Shown in pieces: positions 27,446 through 36,918 of a stretch of DNA of 64,000 nt. The stretch's first letter is position 1; each line of letters starts with the position of its first letter. The notes beneath the pieces were generated by a model that saw nothing but the letters and a program-made list of their open reading frames with translations, searched no databases and was not told the DNA's origin. Position numbers and translations under genes: made by a program. The DNA is from Bythopirellula sp. (GTDB taxonomy: Bacteria; Planctomycetota; Planctomycetia; Pirellulales; Lacipirellulaceae). The DNA lies in contig OZ244170.1 of NCBI GenBank assembly GCA_965216565.1, positions 1,280,001-1,344,000 of the forward strand, given 5' to 3'.

Positions 27446-27706
27446 AGGTTGCGATGGATAGGTTTAGAAGGTTGTCCAATTGGTGTAGAGTGAAAAGAAT
27501 ATCCCTTAATCGTACCTGCTGAGCATACTGGACGATATAGTTAGCAAACGGGGCGACAAAATGTCATTCTGGCAACAAGAAATTGCGAAACATTGCTTAG
27601 AAGTTCCGTTGAACAATCTTAGAACGCGCCTAGAATCCCAGGACCGCGCTACTTTATATTTGTGGTTCTTCTGATATTCCTCTCATTTGCAATGGAGCAA
27701 CATGCA

Positions 27707-28231
27707 ATGGCCAATTCACAGGGTGATCCCAAATCGATTCGAATCGGGGTTTTTGACACTGTAGAGAATGCGGACCGCGCTCTTAGTTCGCTGCAGCAAG
27801 CGGGCTTCGGCGAGAATGAACTCTCGGTGCTCTGCAGTAATGAGACTCAAGCAAAACATTTCCCTCCTTCTCTGGTCGACGGAGAAGACGGCGACACAGC
27901 TAAAGCTTCTGCTGCGGGCAGTGTGATTGGTGCTCTTATTGCTGGGGCCGGCGTCGGTGCAGCGGGCTTAGCTACAACGGCTGGACTGCCGGTCATTGCC
28001 ATTGGCGCTATGGGTGCGGCAATGGCTGGGGGTGTTGCCGGCGGATTGACGGGGGCCATGGCCGAAAGAGGTTTTGAACCCCAATCAGCAGATTATTTCG
28101 ACCAAGCTGTAACTGAGGGCAAGATTCTGATTTCCGTTGAATCTGAGAATTCAGACCCGGCCCGCTTAAAGTTGGCAAGCGAGATTCTCAGAGATGCAGG
28201 TGCTGAACCAATCTCCCTGCTTGAAACGTAG
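27707..28231 (+). CDS. General stress protein (YflT/17M-like, Gly/Ala-rich)
   Basis: IGVFDTVENADRALSSLQQAGF, Gly-zipper TMs, FDQAVTEGKILISV. Start uncertain. Confidence 0.8.
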   Translation: MANSQGDPKSIRIGVFDTVENADRALSSLQQAGFGENELSVLCSNETQAKHFPPSLVDGEDGDTAKASAAGSVIGALIAGAGVGAAGLATTAGLPVIAIGAMGAAMAGGVAGGLTGAMAERGFEPQSADYFDQAVTEGKILISVESENSDPARLKLASEILRDAGAEPISLLET

Positions 28232-28240
28232 CAATTGGCT

Positions 28241-29413
28241 ATGAACTCTGAAGATCAATCTTGGAAGGTTGAATTGAAGGACTTGCTCGCCAAAGGTGCG
28301 TCGTCAGTTGACGATTTTATCGATATTCGCTGGCGAAAATTGCGAAGTCGATTCGGCTTGCAGGGCGTCCCTCAGATTCAGCCCTATATCGGGTATGCGA
28401 ACAGGGATCATGTGTGGTTACATGGGCGAGTGCTTGAGAATCCTCCAGAGGAGATGCCGGCGGACGATGCCAACTGGTGGGATAATGTGGGAGATATGTA
28501 TCGGCGCTTTGCCAGCAAAGAGGTCCCTGATGCGGCTATTTGCATTTCGATAGGGGCCGAAACATTTACGACAAAGTCTGACAAAGAAGGTTACTTTCAC
28601 CTTCAGGCGAACTACGCCCGATCGTCCGGAAGCGAGCTTTGGTCCACGGCCAGTTACCAGATTATTGACGGCTCAAATCAAGCAGCGGAGCATTCCTCGG
28701 TTCTAGGCCGGTTTCTAACGGTTCCCAACTCGGCACGATTCGGCATTATCAGTGATGTCGACGACACGATCATGCATACGAGTGCCACGCAGTTGTTGAC
28801 CGTGCTTAAGCTTACCTTCATGAGCAATGCTAAGACGCGCAAGCCACTAGATGGTGTCGCGGGACTCTACCAAGCTCTGCAAAATGGATCCAGCGAGGTC
28901 TCGGAACAGAACCCAATATTCTACGTCTCTAGCTCCCCCTGGAATCTTTTTGATGTATTGGAAGATTTCATCGATCTCAACGCAATTCCACTGGGGCCCT
29001 TATTATTGAGGGATCTCGGATTCGACGAAGACAAGCTTCTGGCAGAAGGTCACGGTCATAAGCTGGAAAAGACACGTCGTATCTTGAGGGCATATCCCGA
29101 GCTCCCGTTCCTCTTAGTGGGAGACGCCGGTCAAGACGATGCTGAGATATACGCCACGGCGGCGGCTGAGTTCGGCGACCAAGTGTGTGGTATCGTCATT
29201 CGGGACATCGACCCTGGTGCTTCGAGTAACTACGACCAGGCAGTCGGCCAATGGATTGAGCGGGCTCGAGCCAATGGCACGTCAATGCGACTTGTGGAAG
29301 ATAGCACTGAGGCTGCAGACTTAGCCATTGAGTTGGGATTAATAGGTCGCGATAGTCTTGAATCGATTTCCCGGGCAACACGCGCCGATCGGGAAAGGTC
29401 GGTCTTAATTTAA
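28241..29413 (+). CDS. App1-family phosphatidate phosphatase (DUF2183)
   Basis: IISDVDDT, FYVSSSPWNL, GPLLLRD, LVGDAGQDDAEIY. Confidence 0.88.
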   Translation: MNSEDQSWKVELKDLLAKGASSVDDFIDIRWRKLRSRFGLQGVPQIQPYIGYANRDHVWLHGRVLENPPEEMPADDANWWDNVGDMYRRFASKEVPDAAICISIGAETFTTKSDKEGYFHLQANYARSSGSELWSTASYQIIDGSNQAAEHSSVLGRFLTVPNSARFGIISDVDDTIMHTSATQLLTVLKLTFMSNAKTRKPLDGVAGLYQALQNGSSEVSEQNPIFYVSSSPWNLFDVLEDFIDLNAIPLGPLLLRDLGFDEDKLLAEGHGHKLEKTRRILRAYPELPFLLVGDAGQDDAEIYATAAAEFGDQVCGIVIRDIDPGASSNYDQAVGQWIERARANGTSMRLVEDSTEAADLAIELGLIGRDSLESISRATRADRERSVLI

Positions 29414-29455
29414 AACAGATTCGCATTCCGTCCCGCAATTTGAAGAGCGGTACGC

Positions 29456-30601
29456 TTAGGACTTGTTCCCGGCGGCTAAGAAGTTTCCCAACGGTGTGAG
29501 GGTTTGTGAGTGTTCTAACGTGATTTTCAGAATCACGAGCAAGGGAACTGCTAGAAGCACGCCTCCGATTCCCCAAATCCATCCCCAGAAGAAGACGGAC
29601 AAAATAATCATGACCGGATTGAGACTCACCGACTTGCTTAGCAATGCCGGAGTGATGAAGTTGGCTTCTAAAATGTTCAGACTGACATAAATCAATGGTG
29701 CCAGAGCAGCCTGCTCTAGGGAACTGAAATCGGCAAGTCCCACGACAAAGACTAACACGGCTCCGGTGGCAAGACCGGCAAAGGGGATGAAATTCAGCAA
29801 TCCGGCAGCAACTCCCCACAGAGCCGGATTGCTAAGACCGATCAACCACATTCCAATTCCGATTGCGAGCCCCAACAGCACATTGATAGCCGTAATCGTG
29901 AATAGATAAGACGAGATTCGATTTTGGATTTCTCTGGAAAGATCTACGACACGACGCTTTTCTCCCCAAGTCGGCATCAGTTCGACCAGCTTCAAAAGAA
30001 ACTGATCGCCTGCTGCGAGAAGGAAGAATAGCAAGATCAACATGATCGCCAAGCCGCCGAACACACCCCAAGTTGAGTTTACTAATGAGCCAAGTCTAGG
30101 TTGATCGATCTGTACTTCAATTGGCTCTTCGCCCGCCCTACTAGCAGTAAGGCTTTCGATTTTTTCGCTCGCCCTTTCAAGCTCTTCGAGGGGCTTTTGC
30201 ACTGGTTTGAGTTTCTCGCCGATGCTTTCGAAATACCCCGGTTCGGTGATAGTCGCAAACCAATGATTCGCAGGTTCCCAGAGTGCATCAATTCCTACTA
30301 AGGCAATTCCTCCAAAAGAACAGAATACCAGCGTGGCACTAATAGAGTGCGGAATTCGCAATTTTTCCAGCCACAGAACAATGGGCTTGAAGACGAGATT
30401 CAAGATCAAAGCCAAAGTGACAGGAAGCAGCAGCGAGCGAGTAAAATAGATCGTGTAAAAAGTCGCCAGCATGAGTAGGCAGGAGAGCAAGACATCCCTT
30501 CGCTCCCAGCCACCGGCTTCTTCAGCCAGGGCACACGGTTCCGCGAGTGACTCAGCTTTGTCTGCGGTTGCAGTCGTGTCCGCTGGTGGGTTGCTTTTCA
30601 C
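29456..30601 (-). CDS. AI-2E family transporter
   Basis: LLNFIPFAG, EANFITP, LNPV, WGIGGVLLAVP. Confidence 0.9.
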   Translation of the reverse strand: MKSNPPADTTATADKAESLAEPCALAEEAGGWERRDVLLSCLLMLATFYTIYFTRSLLLPVTLALILNLVFKPIVLWLEKLRIPHSISATLVFCSFGGIALVGIDALWEPANHWFATITEPGYFESIGEKLKPVQKPLEELERASEKIESLTASRAGEEPIEVQIDQPRLGSLVNSTWGVFGGLAIMLILLFFLLAAGDQFLLKLVELMPTWGEKRRVVDLSREIQNRISSYLFTITAINVLLGLAIGIGMWLIGLSNPALWGVAAGLLNFIPFAGLATGAVLVFVVGLADFSSLEQAALAPLIYVSLNILEANFITPALLSKSVSLNPVMIILSVFFWGWIWGIGGVLLAVPLLVILKITLEHSQTLTPLGNFLAAGNKS

Positions 30602-30813
30602 AGACTCTTCCAGTTTTTTGGGGGGCTGTGTTCAAATATTTCTTGCGGATTGGTCAAAGAATCTACCGCCAATCTATGCAGGTGCGACAATCCGACCGTT
30701 GTTTCCAGCTAAAACGTCAAATTGTCACCACCTATTTTTCGGTTGATTTCCAACATAAAATCAATCCAAGACTTATACTTGGAAAAACCCTGGAGTAACG
30801 CGACTTTCCCAAT

Positions 30814-30829
30814 CGGCACGCGGGTTGCT
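30814..30829 (+). promoter_or_regulatory. sigma54 -24/-12 promoter upstream of csbD-like operon
   Basis: CGGCAC-GCGGG-TTGCT. Confidence 0.75.
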
Positions 30830-31007
30830 CTCATTCATAGGTGAGTTGAAGTTGAACCGCAAGTTAATGAGCAATTTGCGTACCGGGTCGAAAGACTATT
30901 CCTAAGATCTGAGTAGAACCGATGGCGCACTTTAGCGGTGAAGAGTGCTTTTTTGAAACATCTTCAAAACACTCATTAGTAGCGCCTGATCAATTAAGGA
31001 GATTGAG

Positions 31008-31415
31008 ATGATTACTGAAGAACAAATGACCGGGAATTGGAATCAACTAAAAGGTTTGATTCGAGAGAAGTGGGGTCAAATCACCGACGACGAACTCCAA
31101 GAAGTGCAGGGAGAATTTGGTCAATTGGTCGGTATGATTCAGCAGAAAACCGGTGAGGCTCGTCACGAGATCGAAAGAACCTTAGACCGACTTAGTCAAG
31201 AGTCGGGAAGCCTAATCGACTCAGCTCATGATTACTTCAATCAAGCGAGTGAATCAGTCCGAGCGGCTGCTGGTGAAGTTGGCGACCGCGTCAGGTCTGG
31301 TTATTCCAATGCAGAACAGATGGTTAAGCAACGACCAGCCGAGTCGGTGGCAGTGGCTTTTGGCACAGGGTTGATTGCAGGAGTGATTGTTGGGTTGGTA
31401 CTGCGTTCGAAATAG
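31008..31415 (+). CDS. CsbD-like / DUF883 (ElaB/YqjD) tail-anchored stress protein
   Basis: GNWNQLKGLIREKWGQITDDEL CsbD motif; C-terminal RPAESVAVAFGTG TM; AGGAG RBS. Confidence 0.9.
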   Translation: MITEEQMTGNWNQLKGLIREKWGQITDDELQEVQGEFGQLVGMIQQKTGEARHEIERTLDRLSQESGSLIDSAHDYFNQASESVRAAAGEVGDRVRSGYSNAEQMVKQRPAESVAVAFGTGLIAGVIVGLVLRSK

Positions 31416-31530
31416 CCACGAGCATTTCAAGGTTTGCAGTAAACGCAATAATTCATCCCCTGCAGATGCGGTTCTAATGGCGAAGTACATTAGTAATCGT
31501 AATGCATCCGCCTAAAAGGAATATCGAGCA

Positions 31531-31857
31531 ATGGCTACACAAAGTTACCCAGAGAAAAAGTCGTTTGACGACCAATTCTATAACAGCACTTCCGGTGAAT
31601 ACGACTACGAACAGTATATGGAACGTGGCAAAGACCAACTGCGAGAAATCATGCAGGACAATGCGGGGCGAACTGTTCTCATTTCCTTAGCAGCAGGCTT
31701 TGGACTTGGATTGGTCATTGGTCAAGCGCTCGGTGGCTCCCCCAGGTCGTCCTCAAAGTGGAGCGATCGGATCGCAGCTGAAGGGTTGGGGCGAAAGCTC
31801 ATGGAAGGTGTCGAGGGGATCTTGCCCGATGCTGTTAGCAAGCACCTTAACAGTTAG
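31531..31857 (+). CDS. Small membrane-anchored hypothetical protein (DUF883-like TM)
   Basis: LAAGFGLGLVIG segment; AAGGA RBS. Confidence 0.75.
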   Translation: MATQSYPEKKSFDDQFYNSTSGEYDYEQYMERGKDQLREIMQDNAGRTVLISLAAGFGLGLVIGQALGGSPRSSSKWSDRIAAEGLGRKLMEGVEGILPDAVSKHLNS

Positions 31858-31881
31858 TTGCGTTGGGAGCTAAACTCGCTT

Positions 31882-32352
31882 ATGTCAAAGAACCCCAAGA
31901 ATGCTGATGAACTGCGGCGCCGGATGGATACCGTACGTTGTCATCTGAACGAAGATGTCGAACAGGTGGCTTCAAGCGTGCGTGTTAAGACCGACTGGCG
32001 ATACTATTTACGTCGTCATCCAGTGGCGGTTATTGCAGCTGCGACTGCCGTCGGCTACGCGGTTGTTCCTCGTCGAATAGAGAAGATCACTCCCGACCCA
32101 GCTACATTGCGTAAGATGGCGAAGGAGGAAGATCTGGTTGTCGCACCTCGTGCGAAGGCGAGTCAGAGCAATGGAATGGCCGCAAAGCTGTTGACGCTCG
32201 CGCTGACAGCTGCGAGCCGATCGGCGTTGGGATTCATCAGTGGAAAACTTGGAGAAGTCGCTGGCTTTAAGGCCGCTGAAAATTCGGGTTCTGGGGCTAC
32301 GGACTCAGTGGAGTCTGATTTTGACCAGCACAGTTCAGCTCGGCCGAGATGA
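31882..32352 (+). CDS. Hypothetical protein (YqjK/DUF3618-like)
   Basis: ADELRRRMDTVR...DWRYYLRRHP.. pattern within the stress operon. Confidence 0.7.
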   Translation: MSKNPKNADELRRRMDTVRCHLNEDVEQVASSVRVKTDWRYYLRRHPVAVIAAATAVGYAVVPRRIEKITPDPATLRKMAKEEDLVVAPRAKASQSNGMAAKLLTLALTAASRSALGFISGKLGEVAGFKAAENSGSGATDSVESDFDQHSSARPR

Positions 32353-32370
32353 TCCTAGCACCATTAGGGA

Positions 32371-32583
32371 GTGGAAATTGTGGCGATAGAATCATCCTAT
32401 ACGGGACGAACGTCCGATCCCATTGAGAATCGAAACAGCACTGTGATGCCAATGCAGCAGGCTCCTGCTAATTCACACTGGACACATAAGATTGAGAATT
32501 TCCTGGGCAAACACCCAGAGGCAACTCTGGCATTTGCTGTAGGTATTGGATTAGCTTTTGGTTGGTGGACTAAAAGAAAATGA
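32371..32583 (+). CDS. Small tail-anchored protein
   Basis: HPEATLAFAVGIGLAFGWWTKRK; overlaps the next ATG. Confidence 0.7.
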   Translation: MEIVAIESSYTGRTSDPIENRNSTVMPMQQAPANSHWTHKIENFLGKHPEATLAFAVGIGLAFGWWTKRK

Positions 32584-33071
32584 ACACAGCAAACGGTTCA
32601 GCAGCATCGTCAGATGCGAATGTACGGAAGAGCATGCAGGCGCTTGCACGCGATGCAATTGAGCTCGGCGAACTCCAAGTTCAATTGCTCAAGTTAGACG
32701 CATCGGAGTCTGCAAGGGGACTACGCGGCGGTATCGTACTGTTGGCGATCGCAGTTGTAGCCCTGTTTGCAGCGTTACCGATTGTCCTGTTAGCTGTAAC
32801 TGAAGCGTTGGTCGTCCACCTGGAGCTATCTCGTATTCTCGCCCTATCCATTTCTGGGGGGGGAGCACTTCTACTAGGCGGTCTACTGCTTTTAGCTGCA
32901 TGGGGATACTTTCGCCATGCACTCACTACGTGGGGACGTTCCACTGAAGAGCTCAACCGCAATATGGACTGGCTAAAGTCGGCACTACAAGCCGATAGCT
33001 CGTCACAATCTGCTGTCAGAAAACCAACTGAAAAAACTCACAACCCATCTAGGAGTCCTCAATATGGCTGA
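32580..33071 (+). CDS. YqjE / holin-X superfamily membrane protein
   Basis: ELGELQVQLLKLD, two TMs, STEELNRNMDWLK. Confidence 0.8.
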   Translation: MNTANGSAASSDANVRKSMQALARDAIELGELQVQLLKLDASESARGLRGGIVLLAIAVVALFAALPIVLLAVTEALVVHLELSRILALSISGGGALLLGGLLLLAAWGYFRHALTTWGRSTEELNRNMDWLKSALQADSSSQSAVRKPTEKTHNPSRSPQYG

Positions 33072-33264
33072 TTCAACAGTCGAGCAACAAGCTGATTCTT
33101 ATCGTACGACACAAGGCCAGTATGCGGCGAGAGGGACTAATTTAGATCCCAAGGGCGACTTGGTCGATTACGTCAAGGAATATGCCCGAGAAAAACCTGA
33201 GGTCGCAGCACTTTGGTGCTTGGGGATCGGTTTTGTATTGGGTTGGAAGCTAAAGCCCTGGTAG
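33064..33264 (+). CDS. Small tail-anchored protein
   Basis: YAREKPEVAALWCLGIGFVLGWKLKPW; AGGAG RBS. Confidence 0.8.
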   Translation: MADSTVEQQADSYRTTQGQYAARGTNLDPKGDLVDYVKEYAREKPEVAALWCLGIGFVLGWKLKPW

Positions 33265-33289
33265 TATCGCACTAAGATCATTCGCGATC

Positions 33290-34183
33290 TTAGGGAGCGA
33301 CGTGTGGATCTGAAGATGGTAGAGGACTTTCAGGATTTTCTTGCCGGGCTCGAAGCGCTTGAACAAATTCTGCGCCAAAAAAGAGTACGCTTACTGCATA
33401 GTAGGCCCAGAGCATGACAGCCATGAAAGTGCCGAGTACTCCGTAAGCGCCTCCATATCGTTGCCCGATCACAAATTGTGCGAGTAGCTGTCTACCAATT
33501 TCCCATGCGATGGCCGCAAAAAGACCTCCAGCGATCGCATGGAGCCAAGATACGTCAACCTTAGGTATCCAGCGATAGATCAGAGAGAACGCAATGACGT
33601 TGAGGACCAGGGTTACTCCAAAATCAAGTAACCAACCTAGCTCTTCACTCCATGGTAAGATCTGATTCGATGCTTCTTGGATGGAAGTCAAAATAACCCC
33701 TGCTAGGAAAACACCCATAATCAACCCACCCAGTGCTAAAAGCATCACTAGGGCTTTGAGGCGTTTTTGCAGGACGTTCAGCACAGAGTGCCAAAGGCCT
33801 CGGTTACTCTTAGGCTCGATATTCCATATCCAATCGAAGGCGTGGTCGAATTGGGAAAACATCGCCAGGGCAGCTATTAGGAGAGTGATTACTCCTGTCG
33901 GTCCACCCACATGGGCTTTCCCGCGGATTTGCTCGAAGACTTCCCCTAGTTGACGTCCGAGTTCAGGGGAAAGCTGCTCCGAAACTGCGTTCATGAGCTG
34001 CTGCTCTGCTTCCCTGCCTGAATCCGTACCGCTAAAAAAGAATCCAAGCCCAGAGATCAAAATGAGCAGCATCGGAAAGAGAGAAAGTGCAATATAGTAA
34101 GCAACTCCTGCAGCGAGGAGAGGACCACCATCCTGCGACCAACGTCGATATGCATCAGTAAGTAGGTTCAATGCCGATTTCAC
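33290..34183 (-). CDS. YihY/virulence factor BrkB family membrane protein
   Basis: LAAGVAYYIALSLFP, YGGAYG..G, LWAYY...FFGAE. Confidence 0.9.
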   Translation of the reverse strand: MKSALNLLTDAYRRWSQDGGPLLAAGVAYYIALSLFPMLLILISGLGFFFSGTDSGREAEQQLMNAVSEQLSPELGRQLGEVFEQIRGKAHVGGPTGVITLLIAALAMFSQFDHAFDWIWNIEPKSNRGLWHSVLNVLQKRLKALVMLLALGGLIMGVFLAGVILTSIQEASNQILPWSEELGWLLDFGVTLVLNVIAFSLIYRWIPKVDVSWLHAIAGGLFAAIAWEIGRQLLAQFVIGQRYGGAYGVLGTFMAVMLWAYYAVSVLFFGAEFVQALRARQENPESPLPSSDPHVAP

Positions 34184-34620
34184 TGATCACCTTGGCTCTC
34201 CATCTCTTGAATATACTCGCTGGCGAACGACTTTTTTTCGCCCTCGTCTAGAACCTTCCCTGCGAGTTGAAAAATCTCCTGCTCTTCTTCATCGAGATGA
34301 TGGATCAATTTCTCCTCCAGTTTCTTGGCGGTAGTCAGCCATCCTGATGAACTACGGTCAGTCTTGTCAAGCTCTGCGATAAGCTCATCAAGCTCGTGGT
34401 GCTCGGCTACACCATGGCGTGCTTTCTCCTGAGTTAAATCCTTTTCCATTAAAGGCACATAGAAGTGGCGTTCTTCCGCTACAGCGTGCTTCTCCAACTC
34501 AGCTTTCAGTTTCGAATAGAGTTCTTCTCTGCCGTCGCTATCGCCATGCGTTTTGGCCAGCAGCTTGACAAGCGTACGTTGCTTTTCATGGTCTTTACGT
34601 ATTGCATCAAAAATGTTCAT
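34180..34620 (-). CDS. Hemerythrin HHE domain protein
   Basis: DH..QR, HAVAEE, EHHELD, HHLDEEE. Confidence 0.9.
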   Translation of the reverse strand: MNIFDAIRKDHEKQRTLVKLLAKTHGDSDGREELYSKLKAELEKHAVAEERHFYVPLMEKDLTQEKARHGVAEHHELDELIAELDKTDRSSSGWLTTAKKLEEKLIHHLDEEEQEIFQLAGKVLDEGEKKSFASEYIQEMESQGDQ

Positions 34621-34710
34621 TGCAGTGTTCTTCCGGCTTAGGGGTTCACAACGCCAAGCCAATAACAGCGGCCGAGTAATGGCAAACAGATTAGCAGCTT
34701 TGGAGTGCGG

Positions 34711-34986
34711 CTATTCGACTTCTACTTCAACGCTATTGCGTTCCAGGTCATTGCCAATTTCATCCACGGTATCCTCAACATCTTCGGCGGCTTCTTCGAT
34801 TGGCCCATCAGCATCTAGGTTGTCACCTTCCAAAGCTTCTCCTGTGTCATCGATTGTTTCGTCAATTCCCTCAGCAGCTTCCTCGACTGGACCCTCGTTG
34901 ACGTCCACTTCGCAGCCGGTAAGGCCGAGGCAAAAAAAGGCAGCAAAGATCCCAGTAAGATAAAACGGGCGGATAAATTTCGGCAT
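34711..34986 (-). CDS. Small acidic lipoprotein with internal repeat
   Basis: Lipobox LTGC; GPVEEAAE/GPIEEAAE duplication; GGAG RBS. Confidence 0.8.
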   Translation of the reverse strand: MPKFIRPFYLTGIFAAFFCLGLTGCEVDVNEGPVEEAAEGIDETIDDTGEALEGDNLDADGPIEEAAEDVEDTVDEIGNDLERNSVEVEVE

Positions 34987-35043
34987 GACTCTTCTCCAAT
35001 TTATGAGGATGTGTGAAAAAACTTTGTGATTGTAAAACTGTGA

Positions 35044-36087
35044 TCATTCGCCATTGCTGAACTCACGATAGGCATCACGATGCTTGGCTGGCTTCGGTGG
35101 GTTTTCACCTGCGGGCCAACCTTCGCGTTGCTTAGTGCGGTCGCCATCTGTGGCCTCTGTTTGATCGTGAAACAGTTGAACAGTAGTCGGATAAGGCATG
35201 TCGATGTGTGCTTCGTCGAGTGCTTCCTTAATGTTAGAGATAACTTCGTGCGAAGTTTTTACGACACTAGCACGGTCCGATTTGCTCCACCACCGAGCTC
35301 TTAAATTCACACTGGACCCTGCCAACTCTACGGCCAGAATCTCAGGAGCTGGTTCGCTTAATACCCCATCGGAATTCTCAATTGCCTTCAGCATGACCTT
35401 GGCTGCTTCACGTAGATCATCGCCGTAACCGATTCCTACGTCGTATTGCGAGCGATGAGTGTCGTGGGCAGTCTTTACAACAACCGGGTTGGTGTAAATC
35501 TGACTATTTGGGATTACCACTCTTTGACCATCATACGTTTTAATTATCGTCGCACGAGTTTCAATCGATTCTACGGTTCCTTCGTGATCTCCTGAAACGA
35601 TCTGATCCCCCACGGAAAATGGCTCGCGAAGTAGAATTAATATCCCTGCCATAAAGTTCTGCAGGATGTCCTTAAATGCAAATCCAATAGCAACACCACC
35701 AACTCCCAGTGTTGTTAGCAATTTTGCAGGTGTAACCGACGGTGCGATGACGGCGACTGCCACCATGAGACCCACAAAAATAAGTACCCATTGCGCGAGA
35801 CGGCCCAGTACCTTGCCGACATTTGCTGTTTCGCGTTCAGCGGTTGTGCTGCGTATAAAACTGCGGACGACTTTTGCAAGGATGAAAAATACTGCAAATA
35901 CAAGTATCGCAATAGCAAGGTGAGGTAAACGAGACAACGTGGAGTCGATCATGTTGTCGAGCGTCTCCCACACGCTCTTGACACTCATATCGATTGTTCC
36001 TGCCTTATCTTCAGTAGCATCACTGTTTTCGCCAGTTCCTTGTGCCTGGGCAAGCAACCACAATATTTGCATCCGCATTCTCCACAT
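35044..36087 (-). CDS. mscS: Small-conductance mechanosensitive channel family protein
   Basis: GVAIGFAFKDILQNF, PFSVGDQI, V-I-PNS. Confidence 0.9.
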   Translation of the reverse strand: MWRMRMQILWLLAQAQGTGENSDATEDKAGTIDMSVKSVWETLDNMIDSTLSRLPHLAIAILVFAVFFILAKVVRSFIRSTTAERETANVGKVLGRLAQWVLIFVGLMVAVAVIAPSVTPAKLLTTLGVGGVAIGFAFKDILQNFMAGILILLREPFSVGDQIVSGDHEGTVESIETRATIIKTYDGQRVVIPNSQIYTNPVVVKTAHDTHRSQYDVGIGYGDDLREAAKVMLKAIENSDGVLSEPAPEILAVELAGSSVNLRARWWSKSDRASVVKTSHEVISNIKEALDEAHIDMPYPTTVQLFHDQTEATDGDRTKQREGWPAGENPPKPAKHRDAYREFSNGE

Positions 36088-36157
36088 CTAATGAGATTTA
36101 AGAGTTACTGTTTCAAATTCTGTTCTGCGTAAATTAATCAGAGAGCATGCGCAGGTC

Positions 36158-36292
36158 TTAGAGTCGTCCGGTTAGCAGCATGATGATCAAGATCAATAGG
36201 ATCAATCCTCCTAAGCCGCCAACATAGATGTTTTGAATGAGAGCAGCGACGATGAGAATGATGAGTACCGTACCGAGTAAACCGTAGCGCAA
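36158..36292 (-). CDS. 44-aa small membrane protein (DUF3309-like), absent from ORF track
   Basis: TTG start after GGAG; MRYGLLGTVLIILIVAALIQNIYVGGLGGLILLILIIMLLTGRL. Confidence 0.75.
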   Translation of the reverse strand: MRYGLLGTVLIILIVAALIQNIYVGGLGGLILLILIIMLLTGRL

Positions 36293-36413
36293 GATTCTCT
36301 CCAATAGCTAGTAGTTAATGCTTAGGCCACGCCGCAAAATTGTGAAATGATCCGGGGGCAAGTCGATGTTTCTATTACTTGACCAACAGATTACTGATTG
36401 CCGATCAAGTGAA

Positions 36414-36590
36414 TCACTTCGTAACAATAATCCACACTGCATGAATGATGCCGGGGATATAGCCAAGTAAAGTCAGCAATAGGTTTAGCCAAAAGTGCTT
36501 TCCTAACCCCACTTCCAAAAACACGCCAAGAGGCGGTAGGAAGATTGCCAATAATAGTTTGATGATGTCAGAGCCTTCTAAACCGCTCAT
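36414..36590 (-). CDS. yqaE: YqaE/Pmp3 family stress membrane peptide
   Basis: LLAIFLPPLGV...NLLLTLLGYIPGIIHAVW; GGAGG RBS. Confidence 0.92.
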   Translation of the reverse strand: MSGLEGSDIIKLLLAIFLPPLGVFLEVGLGKHFWLNLLLTLLGYIPGIIHAVWIIVTK

Positions 36591-36692
36591 GGAAACACTT
36601 CCTCCAGTGATAATCCAAATCAATTTGTTACTTGTTATTTCAACTGGGACTCTAGTCCTAGAGGTCGTTATCACAAGCCTGAAAAACTTGGT

Positions 36693-36708
36693 TGCAAACG
36701 GCATACCA
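36693..36708 (-). promoter_or_regulatory. sigma54 -24/-12 promoter upstream of yqaE operon
   Basis: Minus strand TGGTAT-GCCGT-TTGCA. Confidence 0.7.
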
Positions 36709-36918
36709 AACTCAAAACGGCGCAGTAGTTGCTCTTGAGACTGAGGTTGGCGGCTAGTCACTGGCCAAGGTTGGCTGGGATAGCAGACTGTGGAAGGCAC
36801 AATTCATCGTTGATGAAAGAGTGAATGTAGAAAAACTAAACGTAAAAATCGCACCATAGAGCATTTCAGTCGCTCGTCAGGCTTTTGAATCGGACCTGTG
36901 TCCGTAGAGAGATTTAGG

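Noticed and set aside
27570..27587. TGGCAA...TTGCG sigma54-like motif (also TGGCAT...TTGCC near 60641)
   Set aside because: GG-to-GC spacing is 2 nt too long, and sigma54 spacing is strict.
30860..30930. Possible c-di-GMP-I riboswitch in the csbD leader
   Set aside because: It has a GAAA tetraloop but lacks the conserved GCAAA / GACGCAAA elements.
32580..33071. 'Phage holin' as evidence of a prophage
   Set aside because: YqjE-like stress membrane protein; no phage genes nearby.
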